Of a DNA stretch of 64,000 bases, positions 12,384-25,940 are shown piece by piece. The DNA comes from Mobula hypostoma (taxonomy: Eukaryota), in NCBI RefSeq assembly GCF_963921235.1, contig NC_086097.1, forward strand, positions 190,714,001-190,778,000. The letters are read 5' to 3'. Below the pieces are notes generated by a model. It did no database searches and had not been told where the DNA came from. It was given only the letters and a program-made list of their open reading frames with translations. Position numbers and translations under genes: made by a program. Every line of letters starts with the position of its first letter. Position 1 is the first letter of the stretch.

Positions 12384-12594
12384 TGTAGAGTAATGTAAGG
12401 GGTGGAACGTTTGCATAGTTCATAACCATCGATACAGAGTTAGGGTTCACTCTAAAAGACAGGTCCGACTTGGTGATGTAATGACATGCAGGTTTTACCG
12501 GACTTTATGTTTGTATTTGGTTGACAACAAAGGAGTTGTTATTGTTTCCTTTAAACTTAAAATGCCTCTGCCATTTTACTTATAAAAACCTACA
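12384..12594. mobile_element. Possible short solo LTR
   Basis: TGTAG...CTACA termini with ATAT/ATAC flanks; no second copy in the window. Confidence 0.35.
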
Positions 12595-12659
12595 ATACCA
12601 TCCAAGGTTCCACCAGCTCATGCATTCATCAGGCAATAAATACTAACTAGATAGTTATA

Positions 12660-13545
12660 TTGCAATACAGCACAGAAACAGGCCCTTTGGCCCAATGAGT
12701 GTACGCCAACAAAAGTGCCCATCCAGCTTGTCCCATTACTTCTCTAAGTCCCACTCCTCCAAGTACTTATCCAAGTTCTTTTTAAGTGATACTACTGTCC
12801 ATACTTCAGCCATTTTGTCTGGTAGCTTGTTCCATATACTCACCCTCGCATGATAAAGATGCCTTGTAAGTCCCTCTTAAATACTTGCTCTCTCACCCTA
12901 AATCTAAACCTCCTAGTTTTGGTCTCCCTTACCTGTGGAAAGAACTGATACCATCCATCACACGGTACTCTAAGTATGGCCTCACTAATGACTTATACAA
13001 TAGCAACATAATTTTCCAATTGCTATACTCAGTGCCCTGACTGATGAAGGCCAGTGTGATAAATGCCTTTTCATCACCCTGTTTATCTATGATGCTGCTT
13101 TCAACATACTCTGAATTGGTTCTCCTAGGTCCTTCTGTTCCATTATACTCCCTCGTGCCCTATTATTCACAGTATAATCCCTACACTGGGTTGACTTCCT
13201 AAAATACATCACCTCACACTTAGCTGTATTGAAATCCATTTGCCATTTCTCACCCTTTTTCCCTAAATGATCAAGATCCCCTGATAACCTCCTTCACTAT
13301 CAACATTTCCTAATTTTGTGCAATCTGAAAACTTACTGATCAAGCCTTGTGCATTCACACCCAAACTATTTATTTAAGTAATGAATAACAAGGGTCCCAA
13401 CATCACACCTGCAGTACTCCACTAGTCACTAGGCTCCATTTCGAGAGAACCTCCCACTATCACCATCTGCTTCCTACCCTTGCACTGATGTTGATGTCTT
13501 GTAACTAATACTCCCTGGATTCTATGGGACCTAACCTTCCTAAGA
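12660..13545 (-). mobile_element. Old degenerate CR1 3' fragment
   Basis: ACAGCACAGAAACAGGCCCTTTGGCCC 3' UTR and decayed RT-region sequence similar to other CR1 copies. Confidence 0.75.
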
Positions 13546-15069
13546 TGATTGGGGACTACTTGTACAATTTGAGATGATAATGAAGCGCTGTCATAGTGGG
13601 CAGATATAGGTTTCAAGTTTCTGAACAGGCAGCGATTTTACTAAAAATACTTAGGCCCCCTTTGAGTGAATTATTTGTACTGATGCTATTTGCTGAAAAT
13701 TGCTCTGACTCCTTCAGCGTCTGGCATCCTGTACTACCTGAGCAGTTTGAAATGGTGACAAGTTTTTGTATTTGGCCTCTGTTGGCAATTGGCTCAGCCA
13801 ACAGCTCCGCAGCGAACTTCTGGCACTCAACTACTTGCTGGTACTGTATATCCAACCCAGGTTTATGCTGCCTGCTGTAAGTTCAGGATCAGCAAAGTGA
13901 TAGATGTCATGAATCAGCCACTCCACCTCTCCACTGCATTCCATGTAGAATCAAACAGTGGAACCTGGACATGTTGGAATTCCCTAACATATGCTTAAAA
14001 CAATCTGCTTCTGACAACTAATGCTAGTAAAATGCACCCCAGATTGGAATTTCCATGACCTGGATATTAAAAGCAGTAAGTATAGTCGGTTAATTTTTTA
14101 GACTATTACACAAAGCTCTCAGCTTCACAAACTCTGGGAGGAGGTAATATTGCATCACTGGTGTTAGCTACTTTTGAAAGTTGTCAAAGCATTCTGGCTG
14201 GCAGGATGAGGTGTCCAGCACTGTGATAGCTGGCTATATTTTGGACCCCATTTGGTATTATGAAGCTATTGGTTCCAGGTAATCATACCTTTGAGATCTA
14301 GATGCCATGTCATTAAGCTTCCCTTTGCAGAGATCGCCTTTTCAATCTGAACTCTAATGTTATTCCTAAGTACTTCATCATATCGTCACTCAACCTGTGT
14401 AATAGTCTACTGTGCAATGTTATCTGATGTAATCTAGTTGAATAAGAAGAAACACATCAAAGTGTGGGTTTGAGGGGATGATCATAGAGGTGCTCAGAGC
14501 ATTATTTCTGAGACCTTAGTTTACTCCGATCCTAATCTTTTTCATTATCAATGCCATTCTAGTTACTGCAATCATTTTCAATAAGGACTACACTTCCATC
14601 TTGTTACCCTTCCTACTTCCTCTCAATATCATCTTCCTCCTCTTCATCAGCCTTATCATCCTTCTTGAAATGATGGTTCTGCAATAAAAGTAGAAATGGG
14701 AGTCCATTACACAATGAGATAATGGAGATGGTGAATGGAATAAATTTCAAAAAATGAGAACAAATTGCTGAGATTACAATACAGCATATTCAGAACTCGT
14801 GAGTGGGTATGAATCTTACTGATGATTCATGCTGAGTTCCATGTCACATGTTACAAGTGAAGTTGGGGTGTTAGTGCTAATCAATGCAAGTGCCCTGAGA
14901 ACCTAAAATCCTGGATTAGAATGCCATAGCATTGAAAATCAAATAATCTCCAGGATCTCCAGAACATTAAAAATACTTTATATTTTATTTGAAATTTTGT
15001 TTGCGTACTTCAGATTGCAAGTTTCAAAGCCTAAGTGAAGGCAACAAATCACAATTTTTCCAAATTATA

Positions 15070-15217
15070 TCACATAAAATGCTGGAGGAATTCAGCAAGT
15101 TCGGCAGCATCTATGGAAATGAACAGTCAGCTTTTCTGAAGGATCTCAGTCCAAAAGGTCAACTGTTCACTTTCCTCTCCTGATGTTGCCTGACTTGCTG
15201 AGGTCCTCCAGCATCTT
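15070..15217. mobile_element. Inverted pair of Penelope-tail short repeats
   Basis: ATGCTGGAGGAATTCAGCAAG...CTTGCTGAGGTCCTCCAGCAT inverted arms, same family as 62923-63162. Confidence 0.65.
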
Positions 15218-15221
15218 CATC

Positions 15222-16262
15222 TTCAAGTTCAAGTTCAAATTTATTGTCATTTAACCATAAAAACATACAAGCCAAACAAAACACTCTTCCTCTGGGGCCA
15301 AGGTGCAAAACACAGTACACATGGTCACACACAGCACGCATAGTTATGATCTAGCACATATAGCCGCAAAATAATATTAGCTCAATTGCCTGAGTGGCAC
15401 GGCCTGAACATTGACTGGTTGACATAAAGTGGGAGGTGCATGTTTATGTGAGATATTTTAGTGTTACTGGCACCATCATAGTAAAACAAACAGCAGTATA
15501 ATTATGTGAAGGAGCAGCAATAAAAGATGAAGAGTGACCAGTGGAAGATGAGAGTGAGTTGGGGAGTGGTTGGGGGGAGTGGGTAGGGTGGTAGGGCGTT
15601 CAGATAGTGTGTGCATGTGTGTTGGGTGGCAGTGGGGCATCAAGAAGTCTAACAGCCTGAAGAAGATGCTATTATCCAGCCTAACAGTCCTGGTTCTTAT
15701 GCTGCTGTATCTTCTGCCTGACAGCAGGAGGTCAAAGAGATTGTGGGAAGGATGGGAAGGGTTTTTGACAATGCTGAAGGCACTGAGTGTGTAGCTTTTC
15801 TGATATATGTCCTGAATGTGGGGAGGTGGGGGTAGGGGAGAAACTCAAATGATATTTTCAGAGGTCCTCACTATCTGTTGCAGGGTCTTGTGTTCTGATG
15901 CATTAGAAGATCATACCAGATGGTGATGCAGCTGGTCAGGACACTCTGGATGGTGCTCCAGTAGAATGTGGTGAGAATGCTATGGGGGTGGGGGGGGCCT
16001 CAATCACCTCAATCTCAATCTCTTCAGGAAATGGAGGTGCTGCTGTGCTCTCTTGGCTAAACAGATGGTGTTGAGTGGTTAGGTGAGATGGTCAGTAATG
16101 TGCACGCCAAGGAACTTGGCACTCTTGTCTCTCTCTAGTCCTGTCCACACTGAAACTCAGGTTGTTGTGTTTACATAAGTCCACAAGCTGCTGTACCTCC
16201 TCCCCGTATGCTTTTTCATGATTGTTGCTGATGAGGCCAGCAACCGATGATGCCAACATCTT
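15222..16262 (-). mobile_element. Rex1/Babar-like LINE 3' fragment, degenerate
   Basis: (TTCAAG)n tail with TTTATT; ORF 16092-16277 VAGLISNNHEKAYGEEVQQLVDLCKHNNLSF. Confidence 0.7.
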
Positions 16263-16789
16263 GTGCATGTTGCTCAAGACTTCCGGTAACTGCAGAAATC
16301 ACTTGTATCTTCTAAATAAATCTTCAGGTTTTGACACCCCTACAATACAATTTGATAAAATGCAATGCCACAGTTATTGCATAATTATCTTACCATCTTA
16401 TTTTGTATTTAATATTCATTTTTATCTCTTTTCTTTTGAATAAAACAATCAGTTCTGATTATTAGGATTATTATCAACAATCAGATTGTTTTGTTTAATC
16501 TGAATTTTTTTAAGGGCTCCAAGCAATTTATTTTTTAATGGGAAATACAATATGTTCTATTGAATTACTGCATTGTCCTTAAAGGTCAAAGAAAGAACAA
16601 AATTGACCTGTATATAATGTAAAATTGATGAAAGAGGAATATTGATGGAGGTCTGAGCTGAACTGATAATGTGAAACACTGTCTAATGAATTGGAGCATG
16701 TTGTATCATAGTTTATTCTTCCTATTTGTGAGTGTACATCATAGAAGTTCCACATAAGGCATAAATTGCTTATCAAATTTCTAACCTGT

Positions 16790-17520
16790 CAACCATCATG
16801 TCTGCCTGTAAAAGAATACTACTTTCTATATCTTGCGAGCAACCTCATCGATGTTGAAATTCACCATCATCTTCAATGCAGCAGCAGAGCATTTAGTTAT
16901 TTGAGGAAAAGGGTACTTGAAGACCAAGACTTCAGTCTGGCACAAAAATTATGGCCAACAAGCAACAGAGATCCCTGATGTTCTATAAGTTTTTGAGACC
17001 AGGATTACCTACCATAGGCACCTTAAAGCACTGTAAAAATACAAACAGTTTTATCTCTTGAAAATCTTCCAAACTCTCTGGAAAGTTATGTAAACAAATG
17101 TAATCATCGTTTCCAATAATTTGCATGTCCTTTCATAGGCCGACATCCCCAACACTAAGGCACTGATTTATTCTCAGTCAGCCATATTAGGAATTCCATT
17201 TCATTTGCATGTCCAACATCAGATGCCTGAAGAAGGACACTTTTGCTGAGCTCTGTCTTAGGATAAGATTAGGAAGTGGTCAAAAAATAGAAAATTCAAG
17301 TATGTGCTCAAAGCTCCCTTGAAGCAGTGCAATATCCTAGCAACATCTGGCTCATGACTGCTGAAAGTGGAGAAGGATCATTCAGAATGGTGTTGAGAAA
17401 CTTGGGTCCTTACTTTGGGAGGCCTGTAGTGCCAGTCAGTAACCTTCTGTCACATCTGTGAAAGAGTCCGCAGTTCGCACATGATCCTCATTAGCCAAGT
17501 AAGCAGTCAGAAAGCAAGAG
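16790..17520 (+). mobile_element. Old RTE LINE 3' fragment
   Basis: YLASNLIDVEIHHHLQCSSRAFSYLRKRV resembles the RTE ORF at 48461-49216. Confidence 0.75.
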
Positions 17521-18153
17521 CCAAAGAAGTAGCTGCAGAGATCTTGAAAATGCATTATATATGGCATTGTCCATTATTCTGAAGGTTACTCCTGATGAGT
17601 GCAGAAATAATAAATACTGGTTTGACCAAGATCTATCCACCTCTGCTGATTGAAATACTAATTGAGATCCTATGAAAACACAGAACAATGTTAGAATTGT
17701 TATTTAGCAGTGTAAAGTTATTATGAATAGGCTAAAGGTGAAAGCATAGTAACCCATCTGACTGAAGCTTTGAAATGTCCCTCATTTCAGAAACTACGTA
17801 GAAAAAGGCACATTCTGTGCAGAGAGCACATAAGTAATGATATCATTTCTCTACACTGGCACTTTGGAATAAAAGAATCTGAGGGGAAATAAAATGTCAC
17901 TGCACAGTTGTGGAAGGTATACGAACTCTACATCCCTAGATACTTTTCTAATGAAGGGAAGGACCTTCATTGAAAAGTATATTTTTAGGAGAAATGTCCA
18001 GCGAGCAGGATAGAGAAGACTGAAGACATGGAGTGAGCAAAGGTATGGTCTTTCCAGTGCTTGCTGTGAAATCCTGTTTGAATAGGCTATTATACAGAAT
18101 GAATTACTCACAAATTTGTCACATGGATAGAGAAGAGGAGTGACGGAAAGTGG

Positions 18154-18155
<2 letters not shown>

Positions 18156-18201
<46 letters not shown>

Positions 18202-18229
18202 CAGAGACAGAGACAGAGACAGACAGAGA
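18156..18229. repeat. Compound microsatellite (GT)n(AG)n(ACAGAG)n
   Basis: Read directly from the sequence. Confidence 0.98.
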
Positions 18230-18519
18230 TGGCTATTATAGGAAACAGTATTTTGGCTCTATAATCTCTCTATACAATCTTTCTGGTAATCTCAATATTT
18301 AATTTGTGATTAATAGCTCCCAATAACCCAAAAATGTTTATATTGTACCATTGTCTGCAAAGTTTGAGACAGTAATATACTGGAATTTTCACTACTTATC
18401 TGCTAGGCTGCAGTAGCATCAACACTCAAGTATTGCAGTTCCATTAAGGCAAAGTGGTTCACAGACGTAACTAAAGTTGTTACCACTGTGAACAGTAGAC
18501 ACAATTTCACAGACAACAA

Positions 18520-18760
18520 TGCACTTATGCCTAGTCCACAGGGGTAAATGAGCCTGAGCTTTTGGTTGCCTGCCATTTTCTTGCATTATTCACTATCTGT
18601 TCATGGCCTCCTTTTCTGTTACAATGAATCCCTTTGCAAGCTTGAGGAATAACACTTTGTCTTTTGCCAGGGAGTATTGCAGTCTGCAGGACTCAATATC
18701 AAATTGTCTGAATTTAGATAACTGATTCTTTCTGCTTGCATCGGGACTGATCATTTGTAC
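18520..18760 (+). mobile_element. Penelope-like GIY-YIG region remnant
   Basis: Aligns with 21985-22180 (TAGTCCACAGGGGTAA..CCTGAGCTTTTGGTTGCCTG; GTCTGCAGGACTCAATATCAA). Confidence 0.6.
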
Positions 18761-19057
18761 TGTTCCAAAACATGTGTCTCTGAAGGACGTTAATGGGAGT
18801 TCTGAGGCAGTGTTTGGGGCTTGACAATGACATTTCCATTTCTCTTATTTGCAGTGGTTGCTGTTCTTCCTTCTGCTCTGAAGTTGCTGCAGGAAGGAGT
18901 TGATGGATGCACATGAACAATTTTATGTAACTCTTTGCCAGAAATTGCTCATCAGGGAAGGATCAGCTTGTCTCTCATTGACAAAATCAGCTAACTCACG
19001 TTTACAAAGCTCAGCCATTTCATATCATCGTACTGGGTCAGCAGGCAGATAAAGGTT

Positions 19058-19385
19058 GACACAGTCGTGTAGCAGTTGGTGTAACACATCTATAGTGCCA
19101 ACTGCAAGGTCATGGTTCAATTCCTGCTGGCGTCTGTAAGGAGTTCGGACATTCTCCCTGTGACCACATTGCTTTTTCCCAGGTTGTCTGGTTTCCTCAC
19201 ACTTTTCAAAGAAGTATGTTTAAATTAGTCAGTTGTCAGCACGCCATGTTGGTGCTGGAAACATGGCAACACTTGCAGGCTCCTAGCACAATCCTCACCG
19301 ATTTGAATTGACACAAATGACATACTGTATTTCACTGTATGTTTTGATGTACATGTGACAAATAAAGGCAATTTTTTAAAAAAAA
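19058..19385 (+). mobile_element. V-SINE (HE1-like) tRNA-derived SINE
   Basis: B-box GGTTCAATTCC, V-domain-like TTCTCCCTGTGACC..GGTTTCCTCAC, 3' tail ending AATAAA and an A-run. Confidence 0.75.
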
Positions 19386-20019
19386 GATGAAGCAGTGGAA
19401 GCCTCATAGCATGATGTAAATTTGTCATCAAAAGGGATCGGATACAATTCACTGTAACTGTTTCTTAGACACAGGCAGTTCTGCATCTGTCTAAAGATCA
19501 AACAAGTCTTTGGAGAAAATATTAAATGTTTTAAATTATAGAAAATGGAAAGAATTTTATAATGTGAGAGTAAGAATTTTTTATAATCTCAAATGCTGAT
19601 GAAAATATCAATATAAAAACAACCTGTTTAATTTTTCCACAAAATTTTAGCCAACATAAAAATGGGGCAACATTATGTTCGTTTCAAAATGTGCCAATGT
19701 TTTCCCTATTTCAATCATTGACTACTCATGCTGTGAAAAATGTTCATTTCAGAGAAATCAAGTCTAGGTTCGAAAAAAAAAGCAGCAAGGGAGACATGGT
19801 GGGAGATTTTTACAGAGGCTGCAAGCACTTTTACTAATGTCTTGGATCTGTGCTTTTGCTTTCAAGTTTCGCTTGACTAGCATATCAATATTTCAGGTGC
19901 CTTATCTAACTGTAAGTAGTTCCCTGGAGATTAGGACAGAGTCAATGGAAAAAGTACAAAATTTATGATTTGGGTGCAATGCTATTAGTATTTTACAGGT
20001 AAAGGAAATTTTAATTCAT

Positions 20020-20600
20020 CAGCAAATAAGGATATAATGCTGAGGCTTTATAAGGCACCGGTGAGGCCTTACTTGGAGTATCATGAGCAGTTTTGGGCAT
20101 CTTATCTAAGAAAGGATGTATTGACATTGGAGCAGGTTCAAAGGAGTTTTATGAAAATGATTCTGGAAATGAAAGTCTTATATGAGGAGCGTTTGATGGC
20201 TCTAGGCCTGTACTCACTGCAATTTAGAAGAATGAAGGGGATCTCATTGAAACCTATCGTATGTTGAAAGGCATAGATAGAGTGGATGTGGAAAGGAGGT
20301 TTCCTATAGTGCGGGAGTCTAGGACCGGGTGGCACAACCTCAAAATAAAGGGATGTCCATTTAGAAGGGAGATGTGAAGGAGTTTTGTTAGCCAGAGGGC
20401 ATTGAGTCTGTGGAATTTGTTGCCAAAGACAGCAGTGGAGGCCAGGTCATTGGGTGTATTTAAGGCAGAGGTTGATAGGTTCTTGATTAGTCAGGGTGTG
20501 AAAGGGTATTGGGAGTAGGCAGGACAATGAGGTCGAGAGGAAAATGGATCAGCTGTGATTAAATGACGGAGCCGACTTGATACGCTGAATGTCTAATGAT
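20020..20600 (+). mobile_element. CR1 3' fragment
   Basis: ORF 20037-20267 LYKAPVRPYLEYHEQFWA..LGLYSL. Confidence 0.88.
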
Positions 20601-21384
20601 CTAAATATAACTTTTTAGAAAAATTTAAGCGTTTTTGGTCTAAGTTCCATTGAAACTAAATAGAGAGCAATGGTTCCTAAATCATATGCATTCCTGTATT
20701 GTCTGGATTTTGCCTCCATTAATATATTCATGGTGATCTGACAGATAGAATATGCAAATTATTTTTCACAGAAATGTTCAACTTGAAAATTCCGAGGCAT
20801 TGATACAGAACACTGCAGGAAGAGAATGTAATAATAATTTCATTGTGCATATTTAACTAAGCAATTGGAAAACATCATTATTATTGCAGCATGACACATC
20901 ATAATCTATCAGCAAGGTTTAAGTACTCATTTTATATTGAAAAGTTTGTCATGTGTAACAAAAATCTATTTAACATTTAACGTTAAATCATTCATTGGTA
21001 ATAAGATTGGATTCAACTGTGACTTAGGACATGATGGTGTAAGAGGTTTTAAATATGTGAATGCAGGAATATTTTTAAACTGCTAAACAGGTGAAGAAAC
21101 AGTGCAGGCTGAAAGCAGCAGGAGAAAACTTGAGGTTAAACAACAAGCAGGATAATTGCTAGTTGTAAAGGCAAAATATTAGGAGTGCTCAAAATCTGAA
21201 AACAAAAACACAGAAGAAGCTTATAATGATCAGTGTTTGCAGAAATTGTTTTTGTCCGATGTGTCTTTTTCTGAAAAGCATGTGCAAAAAGAAGTGGCAA
21301 AAGAAGTGTTTGGAAATGAAATGTCAATGAAAATAATAAAAATATTCTGCAGATATTGACATCTTCAAGAGCGCAAAATGACAT

Positions 21385-22335
21385 TGGGATTGCTTCCTTT
21401 ACAACTCCCTAATCTTGTCAGGCTACACTAGCAGGCACCTCCCAGTCTCCACCCAGCTAAGAGGAATCACCTGCAGCCTATTTAAACCCAGCTCTCATCC
21501 ACAGTCCTTGTTCAGTCCCATGAACCAGCTAGCCTCAACCTAGCCTCCTAACCTCCTGCTACCTATTTGTTCCTAGCCTCCTGCTACCTATTTGCATTGT
21601 TGTGTTATCAGTTCTCTCTTGTTCTGTGGCCCCTTGTGGCTTATTATTTTGTGGTTTATTATTAAAGTTATTGTTCCCTGCTAAATCATCTCTGCTGTTC
21701 TGCATTTGAGTTAAGCTTTCTGTACAGTTCATGACAAATCTGTTCTTCTACTCTCGTCTACTACTCCTCATTGTATGACTCTTCCACAGGAAGTTGAAAG
21801 GGGTGTCATACCTGTCCTTTCCCCCTTTTCCCTTCTCAACAAATGGAAGCCAAAAAAATATTTCTAGGTAAGTTAGTAATTCATTTGCACTTCTCCCAAT
21901 TTAGTTACCTGCATTTGGTGTTTCCAATGTAGCTATTGCTATACTGGAAAAACAAATAGCAATTGGTTAATGGTTTCCATGAGCACTTAGGCTTAGTCCA
22001 CAGGGGTAAGTGAACCTGAGCTTTTGGTTGCCTGTCATATTAATACATCATTCATTCTCTGTCAGAGATTTCCTTTACCGTTATGTTGAATCTCACTGTC
22101 GTCTGCAGGACTCAATATCAACCTCTCCAAACTTAGGGAACTGATTCTTTCTGCTTGCACCAGGACTGATCATTTGTGCCTGTCTCCTTTCTCTGCCTCA
22201 TTCTTTCATTTGTATATCCTGACTTTCTGAGCATCTTAGATGAGGACTCTCTGACCTGAGACATTAACTGCTTTGTTTTCACATGGATGCTTCCTGACCT
22301 GCTGAGTTTGTCTGTCATTTTCTGTCCTTATACTG
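21385..22335 (+). mobile_element. Penelope-like element remnant (GIY-YIG endonuclease region plus tail), split by a solo LTR
   Basis: Decayed C-T-S-x-N-L-V-x-C-I..C..YTGKT..F-H-E-H-L..VA-C-H pattern at 21885-22040; tail at 22236-22330 belongs to the hammerhead-like repeat family. Confidence 0.65.
21416..21736 (+). mobile_element. Solo LTR (321 bp)
   Basis: TGTCA...TGACA termini, perfect AATCT TSD (21411-21415, 21737-21741), TATTTAAA and ATTAAA signals. Confidence 0.9.
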
Positions 22336-22584
22336 GAAATTCAATGCTGGGCTGGGAGGCAAAGGAGAGATAAATAAGACCTATTTTGATCTGCCTTTTG
22401 AATTATTTGTTACTTCTGATTAATCTAGTACGGCAGAAACATTGATAAAGAAAGATTTTCTTATATGTTGGGAATAATGCAGAAAAGTACCTCCTACTTC
22501 TATGTTCTTCCACGTTATTCATGATTGTATAAACATAAATCAATCAATCAAATAAATCAAAGACAAACTGAAGTCATATCAGTG

Positions 22585-22690
22585 AATCCAGATGAAGGGT
22601 CTTGACCCCAAATTTTCCTTCATTGATGCAGTCTGATCCACTGTGCTTGTTTTGCTCTGGCTTCCAGGATCTTCAGTTTCTTGTGTCTCT
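22585..22690 (+). mobile_element. Penelope-tail short repeat
   Basis: CAGATGAAGGGTCTTGACCC..GATGCAGTCTGA..GTTTCTTGTGTCTC. Confidence 0.6.
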
Positions 22691-23904
22691 GCCATTATGT
22701 GCCCTTAGCAAATACCCAGAACAGACAATGAATCTATTTGAAATCTAGAGATTATCGATCAGAACAGCCGATTGGCCTGATTCACTCAGGGCTCAAGCAA
22801 TAAGACCAATGAAAGATAACTTATTCTGTGTATAATTTTTGCTAATTTAACTTCATATCATTTATGTTTGTCATATTTGTAATATACTGAGCTGTTGCTG
22901 CAAAAAGTTGATTTATATCTATGCCCATGAACATAAACCTAAACTTCAGATTTAAATATTTCTGCTAAGTCCAGAGAAGTAGGAGTACTAAACATTGCTG
23001 CCTTCCAGCAATTATGAAATCTGCCTTTGGGTAAGCCATAAGCTCTGTGGATGACACTGATTGTGGATCTAATTTCTCCACATTAAGACATAGAATTTCT
23101 CAGCTGTTCTGGTCAACTCTCATTATAAAGTTGCTGGAAACTATTAGAATGGATGCAGATTCTACTCACACTCAGAAACAGCAGAATGCCAGGATTGAGA
23201 TGAAGAGAAATTTCAGTATTAAAGAAATTAATGAAAGTGATTAAGAGAATCATGGAAAGGAGGATTGAGGTTAAAGATTAGTTATCCCTTATTGAAAACT
23301 GAAATATTGACAAGTTAAACTCCTGCTTCTACTTCTTATGTTCCTATATTCTTATTGTCCTTATTGAATTTCCTGTAGTCTTCGGTATAGAGGAGGTATG
23401 GCATAGGTTGAATTCTCCTGATATTGGAGATGACCCATCTCCTCATTTTAAAATATATTTGAATATTGATTTGCTGAATGAGTTAGAGCAGACCAAATGA
23501 CAAAAGAATAGAGGTCGGTCTCACATGTGTGGAAAAAGGACTTGTTTTTAAAATAACACTGTACAGCAGAATCTGCATTCCATTTGCCTTGGTTTTCCAT
23601 TGCCACTGAGTCAAGACCTTCCTCAGCGAAGTCTATTTGATAGCTGGTGTGTAACAACAATTCCATATAAAATAAAACAGTGATTTTCCCCTACACCCCC
23701 TCACCCCGCCCCACAAGCTTTCAACTTCATTGGAGAAACAGGCAATGCAGAACTGGTATCTTTGACATTCAGGAAGTGCCATTGTTGCTACAATTGTGAA
23801 ATACCCCAAATGCTTTAACAGATTAGGCAAATTACTGTCAGAATACTCTCCTGGACAATTGTCTGTCAGATCCTTTGGTCCAGTGAGTTCCTGCTGACCA
23901 TCAA

Positions 23905-24118
23905 GCTTCCATTTAAACTAATCCTACAGAAATCCCATTTTATCTTCCTAGATTCCTCTCAACTTTCCTCAGTTTCTCCCATTCGCTGACACAGTATGAA
24001 CAATTTACAGTGGCAAATAACCTATCAATTTGCTTCTCTTTGGGATGTGGGATAAACCTGGAGAATCCAGAGAAAACCCATGTGAGTCCCATGCAGAATG
24101 TGTAAACTCCATCCAGTG
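23905..24118 (-). mobile_element. V-SINE fragment
   Basis: Reverse complement of the V-domain: TTTGGGATGTGGGATAAACCTGGAGAATCCAGAGAAAACCCATG. Confidence 0.65.
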
Positions 24119-24119
24119 T

Positions 24120-24938
24120 CAAAGAGATGATTACTGACTTCAAAAGGAGGAAACTGGAATGGAGGATCAGAGGTGAAAAGGGTCAGCAACCTTAAATTTG
24201 TCCTGGCCCGGCACATAAGAGCAATTATGAAGAAAGCACAGCAGCACCTCTACTTCCTTAGTAGTTTGCGATGATTTGGCATGACAACTAAAGCATTAAC
24301 AAACTTCTATAGATGTCTGGTGGAGAGTATATTGACTGGTTGCATCCGCACCTAGTGTGGAAACACCAATGTCTTTGAATGGAAAATCCTAGAAACAGTT
24401 GGTGATATGGCCCAGCTGTAAAGCCCTCCCCACTATTGAGCACACCTACACAGAGCTGCAGGAAAGCAGCATCCATCATCAGAGACTCCCACCACCCAGA
24501 CTATGCTCTCTTCTTGCTGCTTCCATCAAGAAGAAGGCAAAGGAGTCTCAGGACTCACATCACCAGGCTCATGAACAATTACTATCCCTCAACCATCAGA
24601 CTCTTGAACCAGAGGGGATAACTTCACTCAGCTTCACTTGCCCCATCACTGAACTGGTCCCACAACCTATGGACTCACTTTCAAAGATTCTTTATCACAT
24701 ATTCTCGATATTTATTACTTAATTATTTGTTATTATTATTATTATTCCTTATTTTTTCTTTTCTATTTGCAGTTAGTTTGTTTTTTTTACACTGGTTGAC
24801 TGCCCTTTTGGGTGCAGTCTTTCACTCATTCTATTATGGTTCTTGGATTTATTGAGTATGCCCACAAAGAAAATGAATCTCAGAGTTGTATGTAGTGACA
24901 TATATGTTCTTCAATAATAAATTTACTTTAAATTTTGA
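24120..24938 (+). mobile_element. Rex1/Babar-like LINE 3' end
   Basis: CRKAASIIRDSHHPDYALFLLLPSRRRQRSLRTHITRLMNNYYPSTIRLLN; 3' end GAATCTCAGAGTTGTA..AATAAATTTACTTT. Confidence 0.82.
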
Positions 24939-25479
24939 GCATCCAGAATTCGGAATGAACCCTAGTCTACCAGTTATGTCACCGTGCTGTCCTGATGTTC
25001 TCAAAGTTCTAAATTAACAGGGTTCCTTAGAATTTCAAGGCCCAGTAAAAGTAATTAAGTTTTCTTGAAGCTAAGGAAATCATAAGCACCATATACACTC
25101 AATAACTTCACTAGTAATGAAGGTGTAAACTCATGATGAAATCATGAAAGCTTTTTTCCCTGAAAACATTTGGCTGGATTTTTTTTACATGAATGTGAAC
25201 TTCTCAAAAATTGATTGTTTAAGTAACTGCTTTTCATCTGGAAAACAAGGCGACTCATTATTCATCCAACAATTACTACTTCTGCCGGAAAGAAAATCTA
25301 CATAAAATCAAATTCAAAGTAATGCTTGCAAAGTGATAGTGCAAGTGGAATTTTCAAAAAAGTAAACACCTATCTCTTTTCAGTTCAGCGAAAACATCTG
25401 AGTTAATGGAAAATTACTAAATTTGGAATTCTGAATAAATAAGTTAGACTTCAAATTTCCTGCCCTTCAGTTTGAATAT

Positions 25480-25940
25480 AAGGATTAGAAATAACCTTTT
25501 AAGCCTGATTAATCATTCAATATGATGAAAGATCCTACACTATACCTAATCAACATTCTTGTTCCTGTGACTTCTTAACCTTAAATATGTTCAAGAACAA
25601 ATTTACAGTTCTGTTAGTTAGAGAATTCCCCAAACTTACTGTTCATCCTGAGACTGAAGAAATTTCTTATTATCTCATTCTTCAATGACAAATGCTTTAT
25701 ACTGAGATGTTGTCCATTATTCCTACTGCCAAAGCAAACAGATTTACAAAATTCACCGTCGATCCCTTTCACAATTTTAGGTGTTTCAGTGAAATCAGCT
25801 CTTATTCTTCTAAACTCCATTAGACAATCCTATTCAATCACTGTACATATCAGGAAACATTCTACTGAGTTTGTCTTGCTCAAATGCACATCTATCATTC
25901 CTTATGGACATTGAACCAGCACATAGTACTCCTGATACTA
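25480..25940 (-). mobile_element. Highly degenerate CR1 3' fragment
   Basis: ORF 25614-25820 EFRRIRADFTETPKIVKGID..RNFFSLR. Confidence 0.65.
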
